Below the pieces are notes generated by a model. The model saw nothing but the letters and a program-made list of their open reading frames with translations, made no database searches and was not told the origin of the DNA. A DNA stretch of 64,000 nucleotides from Lytechinus pictus (lineage: Eukaryota), in assembly GCF_037042905.1 (NCBI RefSeq), contig NC_087245.1, positions 6,698,001-6,762,000 on the forward strand. The letters are read 5' to 3'. The first letter of the stretch is position 1. Every line of letters starts with the position of its first letter. Of the stretch, positions 40,064 through 53,400 are shown piece by piece. The position numbers and the translations under genes are program-made.

Positions 40064-43000
40064 TTAATAAACATTTTGTTTTCACTCATAGAAGATGCTT
40101 GAAAAGAATGGCTTGCTTTTAAAGAGTGTTGATAATATTAATGATAAATTATAGATTAGTGATTAATCATCGATATGTGCACTAATAACGGCAGCTTGTT
40201 ACAGTTCCTGATCTGCAAATCTGAACAGTTGACCAAGGTCACAGTGAAGGTTGATATTTTGGTGTGTTTAATTGTCGTGCATGCTCAGGTGGTATTCGCA
40301 AAGCGAGTATAACACCGTCAACATTTGCACATCGGATCTATCCGATCTTGACCCAATGACATAAAAGATATAATCAGTCATTGTAGGTCGATAGCAAATA
40401 TAATATTTACGAAGATCAATTAATTCTTAATAATATCAAAAGGTTGATGTGGAATGTTGAGCTCACAAAAGAGCACGGCAATTCACAATTAAAAAATATG
40501 AAGGTGACGATATTTTTTTCCTAATTCAGGCAAGCTAGAATTCAAGAACGAATGAGGAGGACATCTAGGGCATTTTTTTAATGAATTTATAAGATCATCT
40601 CTTGGGAAGGATTATTGTCGTTTTTTCTTGTTGATACAGGATAGTCCAGGTCTTTACCTTTCTTTACAAAAAAAATCACCCCGACCTTCAATTGCTTTGT
40701 ATGGCCCTCTGATGCAGAGCCCATACGAATGCCACATAAACTAGTGCAAAGACTACTCCATGATTTACCAAGGGCACTTAAATGATAATTAAACAAAGAT
40801 ATCACCACTCACGAACAGCATTTTACCGAAAAAATATGAGAAGCTCCCCCCCCAAAAAAAAAAAAATAATAATAATAAATAAAATAAATGAATGAATAAA
40901 TAAATAAATAAAAATGAATAAGGGATGGGCCAAGATTCACTCGGCCCCTGGTGGTCCAGATAATTTTTATTATTTTCCTGAAATGATTGCTGTTTAATGC
41001 TTTTCACATTCAGTATCCATCCACCATAAATACTGTAATTTTTTCATTCAACAATAGGAATTGTTGATATTTTCAAGCAATCAGGACGCGTTTGCAAACC
41101 TTGCAAATTTAATTAAATTGATGTTCATATTCTTTAAAAAAAAAATTAAAAAGTACATACAGCTGACTTCAGTTGAAATTTTCTTCTCATCCTGTTGATT
41201 ATTCGGGCTCAATAGGATGTCACCTCCAGAAATAACGTCCTTTTTTTTCTTTCTCACCAAGAAAAATCATGATTTCCTTAGACTTTTGACAGCAGTATAG
41301 TTTACAGAGGTCACGTGGTTCAATGTATATCGGATGGGAAGGACATGATCCATTTACTATGATTGTGACACAGGTTACTCAAGACTCTCTATGATCTTCC
41401 AGACAAGTCTAACGAAATGACTTCCCTTCTACCTATCATTATTTCATTCTTTACCATAATTTGTAGCAAACATTGTATTCAAATCATGACCCTTCATCAA
41501 AATCTAACCTAAAAAAATGATAGTCTTTTATTTACTATGCATCCCTTTAGAAACGCTTATTAAGAACGAAAACAAAACCCTATCTCACCCACGAGCCTAC
41601 CAGCAGAGGGGGGGGGGGGTAAGATGACAGAGTCTCCCTCTCCCCCTCCGCTTACCATTACTTTGCAACCTCAGAAAAAAATATCCGAGCCCCCGAAAGT
41701 CATGATAACCCTTTTTTCCAGAAAATTGGGACTGGAAAATGCTTCCTAAAGTGATGACGACCTACGACCTTTTTTATTTGGCTATATACCATGTATACAG
41801 ACCGCACTGACTTCTTCGATCATAATATTACTACCTGTTATAATTAACCCTTCAGAAATATAGACCATCTGAACATAAATTCAAATTTACACAGATCTCT
41901 ATTTTTCTTTAAATCTGATAATTACAATGATTTCAATACATTTGGGGGTATCCCGGTCCCTAACCGGTAAGCGACTTTGGATGCGTAAAACCGAAGTCAA
42001 ATACCCAAGTTGACAATGGGCCTATAGTCTATTTTCTCTGAAGGTTTTTCATTTTATTTCCACCCTTTTTCATTCAGGCTTAACCAATGTGGAACACAAT
42101 ATGTTCAGCAAAATGAAGGCATGAAATGTCGAAATTAAACATTCTATTTAATAATCATCTGCCCGAATAATCTCTTCTCTGATATCCTTCCTTGATGTCC
42201 ACAGCCATTATATTTCTACCAGTGAGCAAATTAGAACACACTCAGTTCTGTCAGTTCTCTTGCATTTACATCTATATTTCGGTACATCACCAGTAAAAAA
42301 AATATTGAAAAAGGTTTCACGATAATAAAATGTTATTTTTGGTCCAGAGAAATTGAGATGCCAAAAAAAAAAAAAAAAAGAAGGGTTTCACTACAAAATG
42401 TAGGTCCTTTTCGTTATATTAAGCCATTTTATCACATCTACCATAACTCCAGAAGGTGCTGCCTATGGAAATCAACACACTGGAGCACCCTCTGCTTCCT
42501 AGGGCCATGTGACCGTGAGCCTCGGGTATACTGCAACTTTTTATAGTTTCCAACATTGGTTGAAAGAATTCTATTTCTGTCGAATCGGGTCTCAACATTT
42601 TCCTTTAAAGTAATTTAAAAACTGAGATAATGTATTTCTCCTTTTTAACATTGATATACAATGTCAAATCTTCTCCATTGGATCCAGCAATCAATCGCCA
42701 AAGTTCTATATACTGTATAATTATATTTAAGCACATTTCAGCTGATTTTTATCGTAGACGTTTGGGCATGGGAAGGGCGTAACATGACTGTTTGCCTCGG
42801 GTGCAATATGCAACAACACTGACTCAATGATGGATTTTCGTCAAAAAATATGTATAGTTTTAAATATTTGGATGTTATTACTACTATTTTCTGTAACAAA
42901 TTCGAGTGCATTCTGAGAATATAAAAAATGAAAATTTTGTATTACGTTTTCTATTCTTCAATTTTTCAGGTGGAGTGTCCCCCTGTTCCGGTGAATTGAC

Positions 43001-44486
43001 GCTCATGCAAACAACATAAACCCTCTCTATCGGCCCTAATCAATTTTGGAGCATTTGTTTATAATAACGGACGACATTTCCACATCGTGTATGAATATCT
43101 CAGGTCAGTGCCCAAACAGTTTGTTTTTCAATTGAATCATAATTCATTTATTCTTTCTGTCTTCACTTGTTTAAAGACTTCTAGACTTGGCGTTGAGCCC
43201 AAGATTTCGTTGTAAAGGGGTGCATAATGCAAAGGTTTAGGGGCATAAATCAAAATCTTCTTAGTTCTGTGTATGTTTAATGGTGTTTCTCAAATTATAG
43301 AGAGATTGCGCACACCGGGGCGCACACCTTGCATTCCCGCCTGAATCCATGCACCACTGTTAAATTATTACCAATCAACCCCTCCCCCATGCAGTCTTAA
43401 ATCTTCAGGTATATTCCTAGCTGGTAAACTAGATCAAAGTTTACTTCTATTGACTTTGCAGTAGCGAGAGCGTGAAGAAGAAATAATTTTTTGAAAGCCC
43501 GAGTGCTGGAAAGTAAACACGCATTATTTAGTATTTTCACTCACGGTCTGTGCAAACTATATTAATAATAGGGTGAACACTACAGCTATATGGTCCTGTA
43601 AAATCGAACATGCTGAGCGTAACATCAGAAAGTATCTTCGACTTTCATGACTGTATTTCAACTTTCAACGATTTTTTGAAACCATTCAGTGATTTTTGTG
43701 GCAAATATGCTGTTAAATTGATCTGAATTAATTGTCATGGACAGATGTGCGGCACTCGACAAACGTTGATGTAAGTTGGAATGCTTTTAGGCCGTATTAG
43801 ATTTAGGGGAATCATTTGCGTGTGAGCTTTGACAGGACCTAATAAGAACTGTTTAGGGGGCTCTATACCTTTATCAATTCAGAAATATACCGATTACTTT
43901 TAACAACCTTTGTACTTTAATTCAAGGTAATAGACAAAACAGTCTACAAACTGGTCAAAGTGCAATGTTTCTGTTGAAACAGCCTCATAATTTCTAAAGA
44001 ATAAAACACCTATACTTGACGAAAGAGAAAGAAAAATAATACACAGTAGCTTAAGCCAACTGAATCGCTTCCTGTAGAACGAATATAATCGGGAATAATG
44101 CCTCTATTTGATGTGATTATTCCGATATACAGTAAGCTTAATCAACTATATAAGTTTCGACGAATATATAGACCGTGACATTCGTGACACTTGGCTATTT
44201 TCTTTTCTACCAGAAAAGTAGCGCTAATCATTTGACTGAAACAAGATGTAGATCATAGTTGGTAAAAACGGACAAATTTGTTTGCACTTGACCCTGGAGC
44301 GGTCACCGAATCACACGGATGATGTATTGTATCGGTTTCTTCTTTTCTCTCCAAAGCTCATAAACGTGCTCTTCACTGTCGAACCTCTACCGGCACGACT
44401 CAGCCCTTGCAACGGTATAGATAGTATCATCAGGTAGGAACATCCAATAGGAGTTTAATTGGTGTGGATTCAGAAGGTTCATCACA

Positions 44487-47400
44487 ATGTCTTCACCCGA
44501 TCCCGTGTACCATACCTTACAACCTCCCGACGACGTCAACGAAGAAAGCAACGAGCTTGAAGTGGGACTTGACGATCAGGAAGATGATCACGGTATTGAT
44601 GGCGATATGACGAGTAGGATTCGGCCATCGAATGGTTGTTCAACCGACTTACCGACAAGGATTGTAGAAAGCCCACCGCCTTACGAGCCTACGCACCAAG
44701 ACAATCTCCTTTCATACGATGGAAGTTTTCCAATGGCCTCAATGTCAAGAGATGCATACGGTATGGACGATGATGAGGACTTTGACGACGATGACGATGA
44801 CGAAAAGAATCCTCCTAAATGTGGCTGGGGAAGGTTTACTCCGAGTTGCATGAGTGTAAGATTTTATAATAAATAAATGTTCTTATTAAAAGCGAGAATT
44901 AGAGCATGATTCGTGATATCACTCTGGAATCACCTGATGAGTTTGAAGTGACTTCCCCTCCCCCTCCTTATTGATGAATACTAGATATTGCACAAAAAAG
45001 TGAAAGTTCTGATTCTCACGGGATGGAAAAGAAGGCGAAATTATAATTACAAACACATATCAGAGATCACATGATTGTGTATAAGAATGTTTGTTCTATC
45101 TTAATTTTTCGAGCATGTTCATGGACATGCATTGTACGCAACTTTAAAAAGATTGTTGTTTTTATAAGTTTATACTACTCGAAATCGAAAAATAGAATGA
45201 TATAAGAATAGGATTGAACACTAGCTGATTTAATCTGTAAGATTATCATTGGTGTAACTTATTTTGTTACTAGAAAATATATTTTATATAAAACACATAT
45301 GAACAAAATGAAAGTTTTATGACTTAATATTAATGAAACAACAAAACAATGGATGTGGACATGACATCGTCAGCTTGTTCATGGCAAAGGTTTAATATTT
45401 GTCTTTGCTGGAAGGGGAGGGCTGGGTCTTCCTCTACAGTCTTCTATTCACCTGTGTCAAACAATATCAGATATAATAGGCCTACCCTAAAAGGCGTAAT
45501 CTTTAACCACATTTGCAATCCTGAATAAAGTCATTCTAAGTAGCGCGAAAAAAAATCCCTTCCAGAATAAATGTCCTCATCTAAAACACAATCATAATAC
45601 GCATCTCAAAAGGAACTCCTTTTTCCAACGACCAAACGTTCAAATTGCATCTTTGAATGGCGTAAACATCGTAACCACACCCACCCTAATGGCATGACGG
45701 GTGAGAAAAAAGGCTATATACCCTCGACATGGCGCCTACAACAGTAGCCTTCTCGACGTCTTTTCTGGACGCTGATGGGTAGCCAAACCACTTGATGGAG
45801 AAATCGTCTCAGCTTCTGATTGATGCTACACTGCCTCTCTCGTTTCACCCCTCCCTTTCCCCCTTTCCCTCTTTCTATCTCCCTTATTCTTTTTCTTCTA
45901 GGTATGCATGAATGTGAAAGCCTACCTGCTCGTCTACTCCCTGATTGGTATAATCCAAGTGATGACGTCATATGGGATGGTATCTATTGCTGTAACAACC
46001 ATTGAGAAACGCTTTCAGCTGACCAGTTTTCAAAGTGGAATCATCCTCAGTGCATACCAGTTCGCCAGCATGACATTTACCATCTTTATCACGTAGGTCA
46101 TACCGACAAGGTAGAAAACTAGAAGTAGAAGAATGAGCTCAAGGCAGTGGCGTACCCAGGATTTTCCAAAGGGGGGGGGGGGCAAATTCGTAAGCCCAAA
46201 AATTTGACAAGCAAAAAAAAAAAAAAAAAGATATTCAAGTTCTAAAGAGGGGGACATTTGTGGCTCTTCCGGGATCAGTTTTGACTCGTCAGGGGGGGGG
46301 GGGGCAAGGGTACGTCCCTTGCATGTGTTGTGACTCGTCAGGGGGGCAGTCTGCCCCCTGCCCCCCCCCCCTTGGGTACGCTAATGGCTCAAGGGAAAGA
46401 AGTTAAAGAAGAATAAGAGAAGGAGATGCTGAAATTGTTTCATATAATCGTGTCTTATCATCAATGGCCGACGAACACCAAAATATAATCACATCGCACA
46501 AAGTCGTTTCTATATGATAAGGCTATTGTAATCATACTATTTCTTGAATTAAGCGGTATTTTGCATAAAAACTATATAATTACTAAATGATTATTCTGAA
46601 AGTACGTCTCTAAAGAGCAGACTTTTTATGTGTATTTTACTTAATAACAAACTGAAAATATCTTCGATTCCATGATTTCAACGGAACGGAACGGAAATAT
46701 AAATGTAGAATTTGACCACGAATTTGATTTATTTGAAAAAAAAAACCCACCAAGAATGGATCTGCCTGAATCCACCGAGATAACGTTTCATGCTTTTATA
46801 CTTATTTTTTGTAATACTCTCTAGGTATATTGGCGAACAGCGTCACAAACCTCGCTGGGTTGGTGTAGGATCTTTGTTTCTTGCATTGGGTTCTATCATC
46901 TTCACCTTACCTCATTTCTTAAGTGATTTTTATAACCCAGAGGACCATACCGGTGATGGATCCATCAATCCAGGGGTTTGTCCAATGGTCAATCTCAGCA
47001 TGGGTGTGACCAATGGAAAACTGGACATATGCGATAGCAGGAATACAACAGGTAATTTTAGAATTATTCTTGTGTCATGAGTTTTAATATTTATTTAACT
47101 GTCTTGATTATTTTCTGTGTAGGTTCTCATTGCCTCTGACATCGTCGATTGTGATTTAATGGCATTTTCTGTAGTTCTTCCGACGTATGCGCTAAAATTT
47201 ATAGACGCAGCTGAAATACTTGCAAACAACATACGAATGCTTTGCGAAGCGTGCCCATATCATAAAAGTATATATGCTTCGAAAATTCACCTTTTGGGGG
47301 AAATTTTGGAAGCATCATCAATAATTGTTCGACATTGTTTGAGAATTCAGCAGTTCACAAAACATAACTTTTTTTTAAATTGGTATTTGGTTTTGCTTTT

Positions 47401-50400
47401 GTTTGTTTACTTTGTTTGTTTGTTTTCTTGGGGGATTAATTCTGCTGTACTAAAAACGAACAGTTGACGATGCTTCTCAACCTTCGTTGTGTGTTGGGTG
47501 AAGTTTGGGAGCATATAGGCCTGCGACTGTAAATCGGTCGTGTGCCTCAGGGTAAAGCCCCCATCACACTTATTCCGAATCAAGCAGAATTGGCCTGAAT
47601 GAAAGGACTATTGTTTGACCACCAGTTGGTCATTTAAATCTACTTCGAACACCGTTCGAAAATATCCCTCGAATGTTTTGAACATGACCAAAACCTTCGG
47701 GACGGCCAAAAGAAATGACAAAAATATTTCAAATGTACTCAGAATGCAGTCAGGATATTTAGAATACCCCTAGAATGTCAAAGAATGAGCACGAATTATC
47801 AATCTGACTCCATTGTGGTTCATTTTGACTAGTGTATGATGATACATCTGGTCAATTTACTGAATTTCATCTCCAGTTTGGTGAATTCATAAGTTCCTCC
47901 AACAAATTTCTAGATTTTTTGAATATTTTTTTCTTTCCAGCTTCTGCTTGATTCCTGCTGATTCCGAATAAGTGTGATGGGTGCTTAACGTAATAACAAC
48001 CAATTCAGGAACTTGTTCCTTATACAAACTTTTTCATCTATATAGTTTAATTTCACATTTTCATCATTTATTTGAACTTTACAGTGCGACATCACGATAT
48101 TTTGATGGTGGTGGGAGGGGGGGGGGAGCATGACTATATAAAATGTCTCAAATGGATAACAAGGATAATGTAGCCTATGACCCAGATCCCTCTTATTTCT
48201 TTGTTATTTCTTTCATTCTTCCCTCTTTGGTCTTTTCACTCTTTGGAAATCGTCGATCGCCTCTTTTCTTGAAATCCTATCGCTGCATATCCAACAATTA
48301 CAAAGCGTCTTCTCTAATCTGTCCATCCTTCACTGATTACCAATTGTTTTCATCACTATTTGATACACAATCTCTTATTAATGTTTTTACTATACAAAAA
48401 GTTTTTGTAATCTGAAGTTTAAACATTTCTTCTACTTTTTTTCTCAAAAGAATTAACAAAAATCCCCAATTCAAACCTTTCAAAATCGAATCAACCCAGT
48501 GCCATTTTCTTTTTGGATTTTTTTTTTAATCATCATCAATATTGATATTATCCTTATCATGCTTATTGTCATTATTACTTAAACAATACGTTTTATTTTA
48601 TATAAACACCTAATCTTCTTCAACTTGTTTTAAATTGCCGATCTCAGAAATCGGAGGTGATAGCGGTGAAGACCCTTCGAGATTCTTATGGTTCTTCATC
48701 TTAGCTCAGATCTGTAACAGCCTTGCTGCTGCCCCTGTCTTTACCCTCGGCTTAACTTACATGGATGACAACCTATCATCTAAAACATTTGGCTTATACA
48801 TGGGTGAGATACTGTGAAATTATGGTTGTGATTATTGTTGGAGTTACTGTGGAGATGGTAATGAATCGCAAAGCCCTCTAAAGTCTCCATGCATGGTCTG
48901 GGTAATAACCATGACTTTAAAATCATAAAAAGCTTACAAAATTATAGTCACCGTCAATATATAATATTCCCTTGTTTGTTCTTTGTGAAATTGTGAATAA
49001 TGATTCTGGCCGTATTATCAGATAAAAGGCATTCTCTCGGTGATATTATATGTTTTCATGAAGGTACCTCAAACACTTAAAGGTTTGTCCAATCCATGCT
49101 TGAAAGTTTATTTTACGCCACTAGGAAATGAAATTAATTGATATAAGGTCACATTTGACCTAATTAATCGAGATGCACAAAAACAAGCTAATAAATGAAT
49201 GTGACTGAAATAGTTTTAAAATTGTTTAAAAAGAGAAATCCCTGCAGATACCACTAAAAATCTCTTTTACACGATGGCTAAAATAGCCTTTTCATTGAGA
49301 TATAATCAAGCAAAATTGCTCATAGAGGCGCTCTCCTAACTTTGCAAGTACAGTTCTATGATTTACATACTCCTATTTTCGTTGCTTTGTTTGAGATAAT
49401 GTTGGTGAAAAGTACAATTGTTACTACATCACATGCAATTAATTTGTTTAATCAATTCGCTACACTTGTGACTCAATGGATTAATTAATTTATGATATTT
49501 TATCCCTAGGCATTTTCAACGGAATAATGAGTTTTGGACCAGCAGCTGGGTATTTCATCGGAAGTATAACACTCTCACTTCATACCAACTTCTACGCTGA
49601 TATATCAAGGTATTCATTTCGAAGGAGATATTTTAATCTAATATTTATAAATCGACTCGATTTGATTAGGTTTGATTTAAACCCACAACTGTATCGGATG
49701 TTTTGTTCCATCAAATTATCCTCCCCCAAACATTCCTGAGCAATGACGTAAGGGTTAAACTGTCATACATTCACATTTTCTGACACAACAAAGTGCATAT
49801 TAAAATGTAATCTAAAACAATACCTCAGTTCCTTTTAGGTATGAGGGTTAATTTGTTACTTGTTCTTCACCAAGTTTAGGAGGCTCGAGGGAGATCAATG
49901 TCATTAAATGGGCTATATCATTTTGATGAATAAAATTATAAACAATTAATAGAAACACGCTCACATACACGTTTAACCGTCAGTCGTCAATTTACTATTA
50001 CGTTTCGTCGAACATTTTATCAAAGTAAAGAAAGCAGACGATGAAAGTGATTCTTTGTTATAATATTTTTTACTATTAATCATGAATATGATTATTGAAC
50101 ACAGTGTAACCATGACTCCTGATAACCCACTCTGGGTAGGTGCTTGGTGGCTTGGATTTCTCATCAGTGCTGGCCTTGTTGCTCTATCGGCATTCATAAT
50201 CATGGCCTTCCCAAAAGCCTTACCAGGTAAGTTCAATCATTATGCTTATTAAAGAATGAAAAATAAAATTTGATATTTGAGTTGATTATGTACTTTTTTC
50301 ATTTAATATGTATCATGATGCTTTATCTCTTCCCTTAAAAAAGATGTTGATGAATTGCGTTACTCAGAATGGAAGCATCTATTAATATTACGTTGATTGA

Positions 50401-53400
50401 AATAGACATAATGTTTATCAAAACTAAAGAATGAAACTTGTTGTACCAAATATTTTCTCTCACTGATTACTTTTATAAACTACCATGAGTGTCATCATTT
50501 CCTCATATTATTTTAACCTCTCAATGTTATAATCTTTTATACACAAATTAGGAATGAAGAAGAAACAGCGTGAGAGACGTCGACAGGGGAACAAAGGTAG
50601 TGAGTTTGTGGTTCGATCAGGACTTGGTAATTCAATACGAGACGCTCCAAGAGCCCTTGTCAAAATCCTTAGCAATGCCCCTTTCCTCTTTCTCGCACTG
50701 GAAGCAGCCACCGATTACTTTATTGGGACGGGTATCTTTATATTTACACCAAAGTTCGTCGAGTCGCAATTCAATATGAACGCCAGAGATGTTGCCAGAT
50801 ATTTAGGTAAATATGATATCATCATCTTTGTCATCATCATCATCATTGTAATGAGATGAGTTGTATCTATTTGTACTGCGCGTATGTACACCCCTTTGCA
50901 TGCGGGGTAAGGCGCGGCACTGTCCGAAGTAATAAATAAAGGATTAGTCAACTTGTATTATGGAACCTTAACAAATTGCCTTCGAGTCCTTATTTGTATG
51001 GGAATACAAATCACAACATGGTGGCAGCGGTGCAGAACTTTTATCATAGAAATGACTGGATCGATTTGATTCGATATATCTACCCTAAAGATCAGATGAG
51101 AAACGTTTTATATTGTGCCGTGTGATTGACGGAATTGACTGAACCGGCCTGGTCGTTTGAGCGAAAGCCCAGTGAGACACCGTGCCGAAGTCTTCCCGTT
51201 GTGTGCCGAAGGAATCCACTACGGCGCTTGGGGTGATACGTTATGGTACACACACCCATGAACTTTTCAAGCGCAGGTTGCCATGACATCGACGCGGACT
51301 GATATTGATTGGTCAAGCATCGCGACATAAATTATGTTGATGAGGATCGTCGACGTCACAATACGACCGGACGGGACCCTTTTGTGATAACGTCTACATC
51401 TAGCTCTTTATTGGGAACGACAAGTAGACCAAGACTTGCTGAACTGGATCCCGGTGAAATTGAGATGTAACAGAGGGCCTGCAGTTCCATCATAAGAGAG
51501 ACTTTCCATGAGTTTCCACGGGCTGCCTAACTGAGTATCAGAATGTTCAATGATTATGAATCTTAGATTCCAGTTGAGACAATGAGAGACAAATTGGGTG
51601 GTTGACTTAGACTGGATCTGCCAGAAGATAAATTTCACAGATGACAAACTAAGACTAAGTGACCGCGTCAGTGAGTATGTGAAAGGACATGTCAAAATCA
51701 GAGCCTATCTATTTCAAATGAGGAACTGAGACTATGAATGTATATTGAGCATTGAGGACACTTTCTATTGAATTTGATGTTCTTACTCTTTCTATTGAAA
51801 TTGATATTCCTTGATGTGTTAGACTTAAGGCAATTCCCTGAAATTATTTATGTATGAATGATGAATTATTACATGTTTCTCTATTTTGTATGTAGACTAT
51901 ATTTGATGTATGGATTCTAGATTTAGATCTAAGGTGTAGCACAAGGTTTTACCAAACAGATCTGTACACAAATCTTCATCTGCACAAAAGAGAAAATTAA
52001 GCAAATTTATCACACACAAATAGTGACGAGTTAATAATTTCAAAATGGGGGAAATGACCGGTATTATACCACCTTGTATGGACTGGAAGTCCCAAGATCC
52101 TCCGTCATCTTTTCAGAATTTTAGACAATATTGTGAAGTAATTTTCAAAGGTCCATTGTCAAAGAAATCAGATGAAGAGAAATGCAATTATACTCTCCTG
52201 TGGCTAGGACAAGAAGGGATACAAGTATATAAGTCCTGGGCTAAGGAATTCAAAACGCCTGATGAGATTTTTGAAGCTTTCTCCAAGCATTTTGAGCCTA
52301 AATCAAACTTCCGTGTGAGTAGATTCAACCTCCAGAAGTTCAGACAAGATCAACATGAGACAGTTGATGATTTTGTGGCCAGGTGTAAACTTCAAGCAAG
52401 GAAGTGCAAGTTTACAGATGCTGAAATGGAAGAACGTCTCATCGAACAACTCATCATTGGTACCAAGCATGTCAAGGTTCAAGAGAGACTCTTAGGAAAA
52501 GACGAGACACTCAAGCTGGATGCAGCACTTGACACGGCCAGGACACATGAAGCAACAGAAAGCCACATGAGCATGATGAAGGCTGTTGGGAACCCCAAGA
52601 TGAACATGGACGCAGTTCGAAAGAAAACACACACCGAAAGTAAGTGGCAGAAGAAATGCCAAAACTGTGGTAGATCTCATCCGAGTAAGCAGTGCCCAGC
52701 ATATGGTACCCAATGTCGCGGATGTGGAGGACAGAACCACTGGCAGAAGTGTTGCAGGAAATCTTCCCAAGGAAAGAAAACCACCTCGGGAAAATCATAT
52801 CAGAAGAAGCAACAGGGTGAGAAGTATGAGATGGGACCAAAGAAATACCAAGGTCGCCATTCATCAAAGCAAGTCCATGAAATGCAAGAGGATGATTATC
52901 CAGAGGACGAGATTGAAGTATGCAGATTTGAGACAATTACTATCGATTACATTGAGAAGGATGAAGCTTTTGCAGACATCGATATCATGCTTAAACCAAA
53001 GAAACCAGCAGTCCTAAAGGTTAAAGTGGATACAGGAGCCCAAGGAAACCTCCTACCTTTACGTCTGTATAAGCTAATGTACACAGACCGAGTGGGCAAA
53101 GATGGCCGACCACTACCTGGGATGCTCAAGAAGTCAAGGACAATTGTTACAGGATATGGCCAGAAGGTTATACCATTGCTCGGAATCCACACAATCACAT
53201 GCATGCGAGGCAACAAGAAGATTGACGCGAGATTCTATGTGGTGAATGCTGATGGACCAGCCCTAGGAGGATTGCCATTATCGCTGAATTTGGGTCTTGT
53301 GAAAATGAACTGTGAGGTGAAGGAGTCCTCAGACTGCACTATCACAGACAAGGAGCAGTTGAGAAAACTCTACCCTGATCGATTTGAAGGCATAGGACAG

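Noticed and set aside
43737..43776. Short ATG-initiated ORF ending at a GTAAGT donor upstream of paralog C
   Set aside because: It could be a 5' UTR exon with a uORF, but it stops before the donor and no partner acceptor can be confirmed from sequence alone.
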